DNA of 64,000 nt from Haliotis rubra (lineage: Eukaryota), in assembly GCF_003918875.1 (NCBI RefSeq), contig NW_025767489.1, positions 434,001-498,000 on the forward strand, given 5' to 3'. The notes beneath the pieces were generated by a model that saw only the letters and a program-made list of their open reading frames with translations, was not told where the DNA came from and made no database searches. Made by a program: the position numbers and the translations under genes. Position 1 is the first letter of the stretch; the number at the start of each line of letters is the position of its first letter. Below are positions 47,601 through 63,010 of this stretch, piece after piece.

Positions 47601-50600
47601 CTGCACTAACTCCTTCACGTCCTGCACTAACTCCTTCACGTCCTGCACTAACTCCTCTCACATCTTGCACTAACTCCTTTACATCTTGCAGCAACTCCTT
47701 CACATCTTGCAGTAACTCCTTCACATCTTGCACTGACTCCTTTTACGTCTTGCACTAACTCCTTCACGTCTTGCACTCACTCACATCTTGCACTGTCTCC
47801 TTCACATCTTGCATTGACTCTTTCACATCTTGCACAACTCCTTCACATGTTGCACTGACTCGTCACATCTTGCCTCACCTGACAACATCTTGCAACTCCC
47901 ATAACATCTTGCTCTCACTCACATCTTGCACTGTCTCCCTTCACATCTTCCAGTAACTCCTTCACGTCCTGCACTCAACTCCTTTCACGTCCTGCACCAA
48001 CCCTTCACATCTTGCACTAACTCCCTTTACATATCTTGCAGTAACTCCTTCACATCTTGCAGTAACTGCTTCACATCTTGCACTGACTCCTTTACGTCTT
48101 GCACTAACTCCTTCACGTCTTGCACTCACTCACATCTTGCACTGTCTCCTTCACATCTTGCATTGACTCTTTCACATCTTGCACTAACTCCTTCACATGT
48201 TGCACTGACTCGTTCACATCTTGCCTCACTCCGACAACATCTTGCAACTCCCATAACATCTTGCTCTCACTCACATCTTGCACTGTCTCCTTCACATCTT
48301 CCAGTAACTCCTTCACATCTTGCACTAACTCCGACAACATCTTGCACTCCCTCACATCTTGCACAAACTCCCTACACATCCTGCACTAACTCCGACAACA
48401 TCTTGCACTAACTTTAACAACATCTTGCACTAACTCCCTTAACATCTTGCCCTAACTCCCATATCATCTTGCAGTAACTCCTTCACATCTTGCACTAACT
48501 CCCTTCACAACTTGAAGTAACTCCTTCACATCTTGCACGGACTCCGACAACATATTGCACTCACTCCAACAACATCCTGCAACTCCTATAAAATCTTTGC
48601 AGTAACTCCCATATCATCTTGCACTGACTCCCTTTAACATCTTGCAGTAACTCCTTCACATCTTGCAGTAACTCCTTTAACATCTTGCACTAACTCCCCT
48701 AACATCTTTGCAGTAACTACCTTCACATCTTGCACTGACTCTCCTTTAACATCTTGCACTAACTCCCTTCACATCTTGCACTGACTCTTCACATCTTGCA
48801 GTAACTCCCTTTAACATCTTGCACTGACTCCTAACATCTTGCACTAACTCCTCTCACATCTTGCACTGACTCCTTTAACATCTTGCAGTAACTCCTTCAC
48901 ATCTTGCACTGACTCTCTAACATCTTGCACTAACTCCCTTCACATCTTGCACTGACTCTCTTTTAACATCTTGCACTAACTCCCTTCACATCTTGCAGTA
49001 ACTCCTTTAACATCTTGCACTAACTCCCCTAACATCTTGCACTTACTACCTTCACATCTTGCACTGACTCCTTTAACATCTTGCACTAACTCCCTTCACA
49101 TCTTGCACTGACTCCTTTAACATCTTGCACTAACTCCCTTCACATCTTGCACTAACTCCCTTCACATCTTGCAGTAACTCCCTTAACATCTTGCACTGAC
49201 TCCCCTAACATCTTGCATTAACTCCCTTCTCATCTTGCACTAACTCCTTCACATTTTGCTCTAACTCCTTCACGTCCTGCAACTAACTCCTTCACGTCCT
49301 GCACTAACTCCGACAACATCTTGCACTAACTTTAACAACATCTTGCACTAACTCCCTTAACATCTTGCCCTAACTCCCATATCATCAGTAACTCCTTCAC
49401 ATCTTGCACTAACTCCTTCACAACTTGAAGTAACTCTTCACATCTTGCACGGACTCCGACAACATATTGCACTCACTCCAACAACATCCTGCAACTCCCA
49501 TAAAATCTTGTAACTCCCATATCATCTTGCACTGACTCCTTTAACATCTTGCAGTAACTCCTTCACATCTTGCAGTAACTCCTTTAACATCTTGCACTAA
49601 CTCCCTAACATCTTGCAGTAACTACCTTCACATCTTGCACTGACTCCTTTAACATCTTGCACTAACTCCCTTCACATCTTGCACTGACTCTCTTCACATC
49701 TTGCAGTAACTCCTTTAACATCTTGCACTGACTCTAACATCCTGCACTAACTCCCTTCACATCTTGCACTGACTCCTTTTAACATCTTGCAGTAACTCCT
49801 TCACATCTTGCACTGACTCCCCTAACATCTTGCACTAACTCCCTTCACATCTTGCACTGACTCCTTTAACATCTTGCACTAACTCCCTTCACATCTTGCA
49901 GTAACTCCTTTTAACATCTTGCACTAACTCCCCTAACATCTTGCACTCCCTTACTACCTTCTCACATCTTGCACTGACTCCTTTAACATCTTGCACTAAC
50001 TAACTCCTTCACATCTTGCACTGACTCCTTTAACATCTTGCATTAACTCCCTTCTCATCTTGCACTAACTCCTTCACATTTTGCTCTAACTCCTTCACGT
50101 CCTGCAACTAACTCCTTCACGTCCTGCAACTAACTCCTTCACGTCCTGCACTAACTCCTTCACATCTTGCACTAACTCCTTTACATCTTGCATTAACTCC
50201 ATTCACGTCTTGCTGTAACTCCTTCACATCTTGCACTAACTCCTTCACATTTTGCTCTAACTCCTTCACGTCCTGCAACTAACTCCTTCACGTCCTGCAC
50301 TAACTCCTTCACGTCCTGCACTAACTCCTTCACATCTTGCACTAACTCCTTTACATCTTGCATTAACTCCATTCATGTCTTGCTGTAACTCCTTCACATC
50401 TTGCACTAACTCCTTCACATTTTGCAGTAACTCCTTCACGTCCTGCACTAACTCCTTCACGTCCTGCACTAACTCCTTCACGTCCTGCACTAACTCCTTC
50501 ACGTCCTGCACGAACTCCTTCACATCTTGCACTAACTCCTTTACATCTTGCAGTAACTCCTTCACATCTTGCACTGACTCCTTTAACATCTTGCACTAAC

Positions 50601-52096
50601 TCCCTTCACATCTTGCACTAACTCCCTTCACATCTTGCAGTAACTCCCTTAACATCTTGCACTGACTCCCCTAACATCTTGCACTAACTACCTTCACATC
50701 TTGCACTAACTCCCTTCACATCTTGCATTAACTCCCTTCTCATCTTGCACTAACTCCTTCACATTTTGCTCTAACTCCTTCACGTCCTGCAACTAATTCC
50801 TTCACGTCCTGCACTAACTCCTTCACGTCCTGCACTAACTCCTTCACATCTTGCACTAACTCCTTTACATCTTGCATTAACTCCATTCACGTCTTGCTGT
50901 AACTCCTTCACATCTTGCACTAACTCCTTCACATTTTGCTCTAACTCCTTCACGTCCTGCAACTAACTCCTTCACGTCCTGCACTAACTCCTTCACGTCC
51001 TGCACTAACTCCTTCACATCTTGCACTAACTCCTTTACATCTTGCATTAACTCCATTCATGTCTTGCTGTAACTCCTTCACATCTTGCACTAACTCCTTC
51101 ACATTTTGCAGTAACTCCTTCACGTCCTGCACTAACTCCTTCACGTCCTGCACTAACTCCTTCACGTCCTGCACTAACTCCTTCACGTCCTGCACTAACT
51201 CCTTCACATCTTGCACTAACTCCTTTACATCTTGCAGTAACTCCTTCACATCTTGCAGTAACTCCTTCACATCTTGCACTGACTCCTTTACGTCTTGCAC
51301 TAACTCCTTCACGTCTTGCACTCACTCACATCTTGCACTGTCTCCTTCACATCTTGCATTGACTCTTTCACATCTTGCACTAACTCCTTCACATGTTGCA
51401 CTGACTCGTTCACATCTTGCCTCACTCCGACAACATCTTGCAACTCCCATAACATCTTGCTCTCACTCACATCTTGCACTGTCTCCTTCACATCTTCCAG
51501 TAACTCCTTCACGTCCTGCACTAACTCCTTCACGTCCTGCACTAACTCCTTCACATCTTGCACTAACTCCTTTACATCTTGCAGTAACTCCTTCACATCT
51601 TGCAGTAACTGCTTCACATCTTGCACTGACTCCTTTACGTCTTGCACTAACTCCTTCACGTCTTGCACTCACTCACATCTTGCACTGTCTCCTTCACATC
51701 TTGCATTGACTCTTTCACATCTTGCACTAACTCCTTCACATGTTGCACTGACTCGTTCACATCTTGCCTCACTCCGACAACATCTTGCAACTCCCATAAC
51801 ATCTTGCTCTCACTCACATCTTGCACTGTCTCCTTCACATCTTCCAGTAACTCCTTCACATCTTGCACTCACTCCGACAACATCTTGCACTCACTCCGAC
51901 AACATCTTGCAACTCCCATAACATCTTGCTCTAACTCCCTTAACATCTTGCACTAACTCCAATATCATCGTGCCCTCACTCCCTTAACATATTGCACTTA
52001 CTCCCATATCATCTTTCACTGACTCCTTTAACATCTTGGACTAACTCCCTTCACATCTTGCACTAACTCCTTCACATGTTGCTCTAACTCCTTCAA
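44630..52096. repeat. About 7.5-kb satellite of a 21-22-bp monomer with higher-order structure
   Basis: Monomer CATCTTGCACTAACTCC(C)TTCA; a variant block at about 44761 recurs at about 48322 (about 3.56-kb period), with a sub-period of about 0.92 kb (44825 versus 45741). Confidence 0.95.
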
Positions 52097-52100
52097 TAAT

Positions 52101-53092
<992 letters not shown>

Positions 53093-56000
53093 TAGACATT
53101 AACATTAAAGAATCACTATTAATCACCTAAAGGCCAAAGTGTATAATTGTCCTTCTCATCGTCAGAAATGTGTTGTGACTGAAATTACAAAATACATAAT
53201 GATTGCTTCAGTTATCCTGATTATGTTCGTCGAGCGTTTGTGTATTTATTCCAATGTTGTTTTCTTCATTTGGCATTGATACATTTTCTTTGCTTATTTA
53301 TTATATATTACATATCTTACGTCAATTCTACTATTGTCTACTTGGAATAGTTACAAAGAACGTGCGTTGTTTTGTGCGTTGTGCATGCTGTATGTTTCAT
53401 GCAATCGTCAGTATATACAGAGTTGTACCACAAACTACAGTTACACAAGCTGAAAACGACATATCCCGTGTGAGTAATTGCACCGTTTTACATGCAAGCA
53501 ACACAACGTTTCTTAGTTAGTTGTTATTTATGTTGCACAATTATACAAACACGTAACTTAAGGGGAGCTTTGATTGCATTCAACTCTAAAAAAATTATTT
53601 TCACATTTGGCAGTGTATGTCTATTGTAAGACTGGTAAATATTCTAGTCCTGCTTGACAGAGACATTGTGTCAAAGTGGGTACTTGTTTTCTAAATAAAA
53701 CATTCCTTATCAGAAAATATCCACCTAAACTTGTTTCTATTTCATATTCGAAAGAAATAACACGATGAACATAGAGAAATGTTGTGGGGTTTTCACTTTA
53801 TATACACAGCATTAAACAATCTGTTTACTGATACGTGAATGTAAAGTTAATGCGCTCATATATGAACCCCCAATTTTACAGACGGAAATACGGTTGTCGG
53901 TTATTATTCTAACTGGTGAAATAGTTCCTTTTTCTCGGTGATGATGATTCTGTACATGAGATTACCATGTCAGGGAACCAAAGGGACAACAAGCCTGACC
54001 ACCCGATCCTATTACGTGGACTTGTGCGAAGAGAATAAATTGAACCTGGGCCTCGTTCTACAAAGCGATTGTAGTGCAACGACTGTCGTAAGTCTATGTT
54101 AAAGTATAGGAGTTACGGTCGTCTTAGGGTTACGATCGCTTTGAAGAAAGGGGCCCAGTTCTCATTTGCGCTTCACAAGATTTTAGTCAAATCAAAAGCC
54201 CGAAGATTGATTTTTGTATGCTTTGTTGAAACCAGCTCTGTAAATATTATGTAGGGCACCCTATTTCAAATTCAGCCTTGAGTAACTTTATGCAAATTCA
54301 GTTGTGTCTGAAAATACAGGTCCCTTTTCCGACTCTATGCACCTAGTAAAATTACATCGATGACTTTCTGTAGAGATCAATGCCCATAACTGTGTATGTT
54401 CCAAGATAAAAAAAGCATGTAGCAAGGGAAGTAAGTCTTGGAAAGATCATTGGTGGCGGCATTTTCAGAGGTTTGGTTGACATAAACATGTACCTATCCA
54501 CAGATTCGAATACTAAGCATGTTTGAAGACAAGCAGTAACTTTGAAAAACTGTTCCGTTGTTGCAGTTCGGGGCTTAAAATCTGTTCGTCATATGCTGTG
54601 ATATAGACCAATTCCTTTCAATGGAACCAAATTATTATTCGAAGATTCCTACATTTCCAAAATATATTTGGGGACGCATTGTGATAAATTCCTTGTGGTG
54701 TTGAGGCACGAGTGGGTATGTCATTAATGGTTTTTTTATAACACCAAACAGTATTTATGTAACGGGGATGGCACTTGGTCCTAAAAACTTCGTTAAGGGG
54801 GGTGCCGTTTTATTACCACACGGAAGTAATAGACTGCTTTACATGCTACTCAACTATTGGATAATTTGCTTCTAACTTGCGACATGTTATGAGGTATCAA
54901 AAAACCAAATTGCACCTGTAATTCACCAATTTAACACCTTCCAGTCATGGCCTTTAAACCACCAGGCTGGGTGAAAGGCAGCCAGTGAGCAAGCTTCACA
55001 CTTTCCTTATGCACCAATCCTCAGCCAATGTAAGCCAATGGTAAGACAATAGACCTGACCTCATTCAGATTTGGCTACTTTGCATAGCAACTACTTTTGA
55101 TATATGACCCGGTCTTGGCAATATATGCATCGTATGAAGATATAAACCCTTTCATTGACAATTGTATATATGTTTGAGGTTTTCTGAAATAATCACAAAC
55201 AATAAATATTGTTGCAAGCAACGATGAGGGCTCCTTGGCTTGGACAATTTCTAGCCATTTGGTACCTGTCATGCAGATGTCGAAAGCAGTAAAGGCTATA
55301 GCTGATATGGATCATATCACTGTCAGTAATGAGAAATACTTCAGTACTAAACTTTGAATTCTTATGTTTGAGGGTTAGATACAAAGGATTGTGTTGTATG
55401 GTATGGGTAATTGCACATATGGTTTTGGAAACAGCTGTTGGCTTGATTAGAAATTCGAAGAAAAAGAATAATGCACGTTCAATTGCTAATAATTTATTTC
55501 TTTTACTGAATTGATGACATCCTCACCAGTTCTGACAAATTGATGGTGCTGTCTGAAAACATTTTAACTGGAATTACTGGACGTTCTATAAAATTAGATA
55601 ATTTGTTTGCAAAGCTTGAATTGCATTCCTGGATCTGGATTTAAGAATATCATTTGTTGTCTCAGATTTGACAGCTCCTCGTCATTGTCAATTACATCTA
55701 GCGTTGAAATTCACATCGTCTCCCATATCTGCACGTGGACCACGCTTTGCAGTGGTAGTCTCTTTATAGGAGATATTTGTTCTCCCGCGTGAGCGCTCAT
55801 CTGATTGTGAACTACGTGAGGGAAGTTGATCTGTATCATAAATTGTAAATGTGTAATGTGACTAACAAATTGCCTGCTTTTAAATTTAGTGCTATGACTT
55901 TTAGTGTTTTTAAATGACAATGTAATGAATACATGTATATGTTTTTGAAATAAAACTCATTTTGACTCTGTACTTACAATGTCTATTAATGCAGACTTGT

Positions 56001-56204
56001 TCTCGTCACTATATGGCTGGAATAATGCCAATGTGACGTAAAGCCCAACTCAAGTCAACTTATAGGAGATATCATGAGGGGAAAATTAAGCAGGCAAAGT
56101 GGCGCCAAGGCATCCCATGCACATGTTGAGATGTAGATATAGATGTAGATGTCATGAACATGTGACTGAATACTTACCTAATAGTTTTCTATTACTATCT
56201 ATGC

Positions 56205-57354
56205 TGTCACGGTGAATAAACGTGTAGCAGGACTGCGTCAGTCACGCACAGACAACAGACGCTACTTTTGTTGTTCTTCAAAGGCCGATGATTTATTGGA
56301 GATATGGTATAGGTGAAAACGACAACCCTGAAACAATCAGGTGTACAATAAAATAAATGCAGCAATATACACATATCCAAACACAGATATACACATATAA
56401 TTCGTACGTATGTCATAACTTTACAAAATAGTTGCTTCAGTAAACAATTACTGTGTACAAATGTATTTCATTTGATATACATGACATATATACAACATAT
56501 AAACCTACCAGGTGTGTGGGCCTAGGTTTATTTCACACCTGGGGACGCTGCTGTATCTGTATTAAATGTTTGCCTGTAGAGAAAATAACAATAATATATA
56601 CAGACATGCTAATGATGAACATATACAAAAGCATTCTCAGCACTGATACAGTAATCAAACACAAATTTGGCTGTAGCTGAGCAAGATATAAAACAATGCA
56701 AAATAAGACCTCATTCATTCATTCATTCATTCGTGCTTATTTTCATTCACCCATTTATGATTACAAAGCTATACTTGTGTTCATCCATTCATCACATGCT
56801 CACGTGGTTAACCTTGCCTTTTAATAATCATGTTACTAATATTACATTATAATGAATGTAGAGTATTTATCACCAACTTCACAGTACTAATTTAAGACTA
56901 ACACACACTGATACAACTACAAGTTATATCTACAAATGATATACATGAACAATAAATAGATAAAATATCCAAATTACCTTAGACTATGATCCAAAGATAC
57001 GATCCAAAGGTATGTCCAGAAAATGAACAAGACATGTTGACACACTGAAGATTGAATGTGGAGTGACCACAAACCTTGTAATGTGTAAAAAGTGTAAAGC
57101 TACGCTGATTGCCCAAGCTGGCTATAAAGACAAAAGAATGTAGGTGGGGAAGGGCTTATGTTATTGTACTGTGTGGTGAACATGCGGTAAGCATGCTCAG
57201 TGAACTGGCTGTGAGTGATAGTTAGTTAAGGCAGGCTAAGTATCATGATAAAATAAAATGACTAAAGCTGTGCAATGACATTTAAAGCATTTATTTACAT
57301 GAATTCTAATCAATTTACAACATGTTAAAATATACAAAATCTGTTACTGCCACA
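56205..57354 (-). repeat. Probable 3' LTR of the Gypsy element
   Basis: Minus strand: polypurine tract AGGAGGGAAG-TA, then TGTGGC at 57354; putative end GTGACA at 56205 with an AATAAA about 90 bp inside; the distal boundary is inferred because no 5' LTR is in the window. Confidence 0.55.
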
Positions 57355-57385
57355 TACTTCCCTCCTGTGGAAAATGACGTCCACG

Positions 57386-60300
57386 TCATTCTTGGGGTTC
57401 GTCAATGAGTGAAAGAAGTGCTTTGGAAATGCCACTGCTGATGTGACCAATGACGCCGGTAGCAACTAACTGTTCTATGCGTCGACTCTTCTGATGCCAG
57501 TCTGGATCAGAAGTCTGGCACATCACATATTTCCCAGACGTCTGCCATGTCGGTTTCTTAGTTTGGCGTCCAGAACGTCGTGGAAGTGGTGTTGGTCTTG
57601 AGACAACTACAGGAGTTACAGGAGGAGATTCCCTTCCAAATGAGTCTTCTTGCTCTGATGTGTCTTCAGGTTCTGCTTCTGTGCAGTCTTCACTAGTATC
57701 AGTCTGCACGTGGTCGTCACCACCAGAAGCGTTACCATCTGTCTCAGCAGACACCTGGTCGTCACCACTTGTCTGTGAGATAGATGTATCCTTGTCCACA
57801 GTACTCCCACTGATGAAAGTCTCGTCATCAGGAACTGCTGGAATTATCAACAGATCTTCCTCCTCTGACTCATTGTCCTGAGTGTCTTCTGATTCCACTG
57901 ATGATTCGGTGACTGGTTTGGTCGGTTTCCTGGATCTTGGTGCAGGTGTTGGCTTTGGTGTAGCTGGTGCGTTGGAAATGGGAACTGATCCTATAGACGT
58001 CCTGGATCTTGGCGCCGGTGCTGGCTTTGGTGTAGTCGGTGCCTCAGAAATGGCAATTGATCCTATAGGTAAGAGGTGATTCCGATGAAGGGTCCTCTTC
58101 CTCCCCTCTCCCGTTTCTCTCTGCACAACAAACACAGGGATATCCTGGTTTGGCTGCGAGAGAACAACAAACGGATCCTCTTCCCAGCGATCTGCCAACT
58201 TATGTTTTCCATCAAAGGCAAGCGCCTTTACTAGCACTCTGTCTCCAGTCTGAACAATCGCGCCACGCACTTTCAAGTCATAACCAGTCTTCTGTCTATC
58301 TTTGGCTGTCTCTGATGCTCTGGCTGCTAGCTCATAAGCCTCTTGAAGTTTCTTTCGAAGAGAATCACCGTATGATGAAACTGATCCATGTCCCTGGCTG
58401 GTTTCAATGCCAAAAGCCAGATCATTGGCAGGCGAGGCTCTCGACCAAACATCAAGTAAAATGGGGACTGGCTGGTGGATTCATGCCTAGTACTGTTATA
58501 TGCATGGACAAGGGGAGCAACATAGCTCTTCCAATCCGTCTTCTCGTCAGGCTGTAGAGTTCCGAGCATGCTGAGCAGTGTCCTGTTGAAACGCTCAACC
58601 ATTCCGTTGCCCATTGGATGATATGGAGTTGTCCTGCTTTTCTCCATTCCCAAGATGGTACATAGTTCCTTCATCAGACGGCTCTCAAAATTAGCTCCCT
58701 GGTCACTATGTATACGCTTGGGAATGCCATAGTGTAGAATGAAGTTTCTAAAGAACACTTCTGCTGTTGTTTTTGCAGTCATGTTGCGTGTTGGAATCGC
58801 TTGTGCATATCTTGTAAAATGGTCAGTTATGACAAGTACATACTGATGACCTCCTTTAGAAGCTTCTAGAGACAAAAAGTCAAGACAGACTAACTCCAAG
58901 GGCTGGGTGGTAGTTATGTTCATCAGAGGTGAACGAGCATTGGTCGGAGACTTCCTACGTAAACATCGGCCACATCTTTGAATGTAATCCTCCACATCCT
59001 TGTGCATTCCTGGCCAGAAGAAACAGTCACGAGGGAGCTGATAATGTGCGGCCTCCCCAAGATGTCCAATATCATCGTGCAATCCTCGCAATGCATCATC
59101 TATAAAGGCAGAAGGCAATACCAGCTGTTGTCGCTCTTGTCCATCCAGGATAACCTTTCTGTACAGAACTCCACTCTGTAATGTCAAGCTGTCAAAGTGC
59201 CGATAAAAAGCATTATTAGCTGGACATGGTGGATAATCCTGTCGTCTTGGTTTCTTCCTTGCTTTAACCAGCGCTATCCATGGTCTCAGAATGTCATCTG
59301 AAGACTGAGCCATTCTCCAGTCTCGCTGTGTCATTGCTGTGAGATGCTGTCCAGGTGGATCCATATCTGTGACCTCTGGTGATATGGAGAAGGATAGTGA
59401 CTGTATAACAGGGTGGCCTTGCAGAGTATTGCATACTGCTCTAACTGACTCAGCCGGCATCTGGGACTGTTGATGGCAATCCTCTATTCCCGGGAGTCTG
59501 GAGAGTCCATCCGCATCCGCATTATTGAGGCCTGGCCTGTAGACAATGTCGAAGTTGTATGCAGCTAAAGCTGCCAGCCATCGGTGTCCTGTGGCATCAA
59601 GTTTGGCTGTGGAGAGTACATAAGTAAGAGGGTTATTATCTGTGTAGACAGTAAAGCTATTACCATACAGATAATCATGGAACTTTTCAGTCACCCACTT
59701 GAGTGCTAGAAACTCAAGGCGATGAGCCTGAATAGTTACCCTCAAACTTGCTAAGCCCTCTACTTGCGTAGCTGATGACTCTTTTAATTCCTTCCTGTTC
59801 TTGGTACAGAACTGCACCTAGGCCACAGGTGCTGGCATCAGTGTGCACCTCGAATGACTTGCTGTAATCAGCATATCCAAGGACAGGTGGTGAAGTGAGA
59901 AGATCCTTGAGCTGACAGAATGCTGATAGTTGAGACGGTCCCCACAGGAAAGGTTTATCAGCATCTGCAGTTCTTGTATTTCCATGTTTCTTGGGTCTTG
60001 TACTGGGCATTAAGGAAGTTAATGGTTTGGCAATCTTCGCAAAGTCTCGTACAAACTTACGGTAGTATCCTGTAAATCCCAGAAACTTTCGAACTTCCTC
60101 AGGATTTCCAGGAATAGGCCAATCCTTGATCCGTTGTACCTTATCTGATCAGCTTCTATACCATGTGTTCTGAGACGACATGTCCAAGAAATTTGATCTT
60201 AGTCTTGAAGAAGGAGCACTTGTCTGGGGTGAGCTTCATTCCAGTGTCTCTGACTCTTTGAAGGATCTGTTGAAGACGCTCCAGATGTTCGTCATAGGTT

Positions 60301-61730
60301 GTGGAGAACACGATAATATCTTCCAGGTAAATTAGACATATTTTGAGGTGGAGTCCATCAAAACACTCAGCCATGAGCCTCTGATATGTTGCTGGGCTAT
60401 TGCAAAGTCCAAATGGCATACGGTTGTATTCGAAAAAACCTAATGGACCAACGGTGAAGGCTGTTCTCTCCTTGTGGCACTCTTCAGTTTCCACTTGATG
60501 ATATCCGCTTTCATGTCCAAGGTGCTGTAGAATTTGGATCCTGCAAGGGCATCAAACATCTCCTCTATGCGTGGCAGAGCCGAGTAGGAGTCCTTTATGG
60601 TCTGTTGGTTGCTGTCGGAAGTCCACACACATGCGTAATTTTCCGCTTTTCTTACGCACCAATACAACATTAGATGACCAGGGTGAGAAGGAATGACGGA
60701 TGACTCCACTTGTAAAAAGTTGTTGAAGATGTTCCTTCACTTCTTGGTACATGGCGGGTGGAATCCTTCTGTGCCTCTGCTTGAAGGGTCGGTCATCTTC
60801 AAGGTCAATCCTATGTTTCACTGTTGTCACATGTCCAATGTCCTGTTCTTCGCCCGTGGAAAATACATCAAGAAACTGTGAAATGGTTTCCTTTCCAAGT
60901 CTGAGTTGTTCAGGCGTGACATCAGCCTCATTGAAATCCATTAAGTCCATGGCCTGTTGTCCTTCATCCTGGGTAGGTGTTTTGGCTGGGAGATCTTCAA
61001 TGGAGACAACTTGAAGCTCGCATAACAGGGCTCTTGTTGGAATAGATACAGTCCTTGTGGCGACATTAGAAACATGAACTTGAACCATGATCTTTTCATC
61101 GTGATGAAAATCGACAATGGTTGGTGCAATGTCTAGATCAGGTGGAATAGCAGAGTTCTTGGTCGGTTGTACAACAGCACAGGTGTCTTTGTAGACTATA
61201 GGCTTACACAAATATCCCTGGATAACCCTCTCAGTGTTAGGTACAATGGTAAAACGACCATGTTCAGCACTGCGAACCTTACCAAACGAATAGTTATGCC
61301 TTGCCAGTTCCCTCTCTTGTAAGAGCATATTGCGGAATGCCATATACCATGGTGTATGGATATCAGCCTTTTGAAGGAATCGGCTTCCATACTGATTCTT
61401 GCATTTATCCATGTAGCAAGATAAAAATATTTGTGCCTAGCAGCACTGGGACTGTGGGTGTTATACGGGGTATCAGGGACAACAAGCATAATGCAAGGCA
61501 GTTTAGTTGAGGGCTGTGACCTACACCCTGTACTTCAACCTCTATAAACCCATCATAAGGGAGATGCTGGCCATCTGCATAATTTCTATCTTCAGAATAG
61601 CATCTAAGGGCTGTAGGGTGTAGCTGGTAGGAGCGAACGTAAAAACTATGGGACACTGTTGACCCAGTATCCACAAGGCCTCTGCCTCATCCCATTTACA
61701 AAAACTGTTCCTTCATTAGGTTTACCTATC
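57386..61730 (-). pseudogene. pol: Fragmented Gypsy pol polyprotein (PR-RT-RNase H-IN)
   Basis: ORF fragments 61405-61674, 60552-61412, 60156-60494, 59714-60010, 58327-59817 and 57386-58276 in different frames; RT YxDD appears as YLED. Confidence 0.9.
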
Positions 61731-61736
61731 AGGTGG

Positions 61737-63010
61737 CTACCTGCTGACTGCTGTTGCTGGGTGGGCGTTTAGACCAAAGCTGGCTATGGTTTGCCCTGGG
61801 TCCCATAGCGTCTTCCCGTTTAAAGAGAACTTGGAATGATCCAGCCTAACTCGACATCCATACTGTAAGTGTCCTGGCTGCTTCATCTGAAGCAAATAGG
61901 CTCTTAAGTGTCTGGACATCCAGAACGATGCTGGTCCTGGTGGCCCTGAAGTTGGTTGATTCCGCCTTTTGAACCTGTGGTCCTGTCGGGGGCAATGACC
62001 AATGCTGCTCCTGAGATGGTGTTGTGGATGCCAGTGGCGATTCTGACCCAACCACTGTATTAAATCCCCGATGGCCATGTGAGTATTGCCATGGTGTGCT
62101 GTTGTCAGAATATGAAGTGTCCTGTTGCTTCTTCCAGCTCGGCAACTTCAGTTGTTAACTGTTTCAAGATCCCCTTGATCTCCTTCATCTCTGGATCCTG
62201 GACTGCTACAGCGGCCATACTGGGGCTGCAACCTTCTTCCCAGTCCTGTTCTCCTTTGCTGTAAGTCAGCCTCTGCTCGCCGAAGAGCCTCGCAGAAGAT
62301 CTTCATAACTGCTGCCCTGGTCCAATACATGTGCTGTCAGATCCTCACAGATCTGGCTTTTCTTAGATCCCGACCATAGCTGGGTCATCAACATATCACC
62401 CTGGTCTCTAGTGGGATGGATCCCCGTGTGTTGCAGCCTCCGGTTCAGTAGGTGTTCGAGCCTACAATCCCATACAGCAACATCTTCTGGACTCTCCCTC
62501 TGCGTGCACCATGCTACATGCTAACAATGACTGGTTCCCTGTCAACACTGCCGAAAATACTTTCTAACTTTTGAGATGAGCTGTTTTAAATCAGCTTCCA
62601 GCCCTAGGCAACCTAGCAATAGTGGCTGCCTCTCCCGCGTAAAGAATGCTGCACAAAGTATTATTGGCAACAACTTGTTGAGACAACGATTTGTTCTGTA
62701 GCAAACATTCAACTTGATACTTCCAGACTTCGAATGAAGTCTCGCCCTTCTGTTCACCTGAGAAGGGATGGTAACCTTGGGGCTTGTGTCAGTTGTAACT
62801 GGTGACGGAAAACCAGAAGGAGATTGCTTCTGAAATTTTCCTGAACTAACTGCGCCTTGAGGTTCATCTTCAGCCTCTACCTTGGCCTGAGTGTAACTCT
62901 CGTCATCCATTGTACTAAGTCCTCGGGGCTTATCGGACTTTGGCCAGGTCTTGAGCGCCTTGAAAGCTCCAATCAGATTCTTTACTTCTTCTGGTGTTGG
63001 TCTCAGCTCG
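61737..63010 (-). pseudogene. gag: Fragmented Gypsy gag
   Basis: Short frameshifted ORFs upstream of the protease; zinc-knuckle remnant at about 61855-61900. Confidence 0.6.

Noticed and set aside
47509-51956. Heptad ELVQDVK coiled-coil-like ORFs in the satellite
   Set aside because: Mixed 20-23-bp monomers break the frame repeatedly and ORFs appear on both strands; the heptad is a by-product of the 21-bp unit. Only polished reads showing one long frame plus transcripts would revive it
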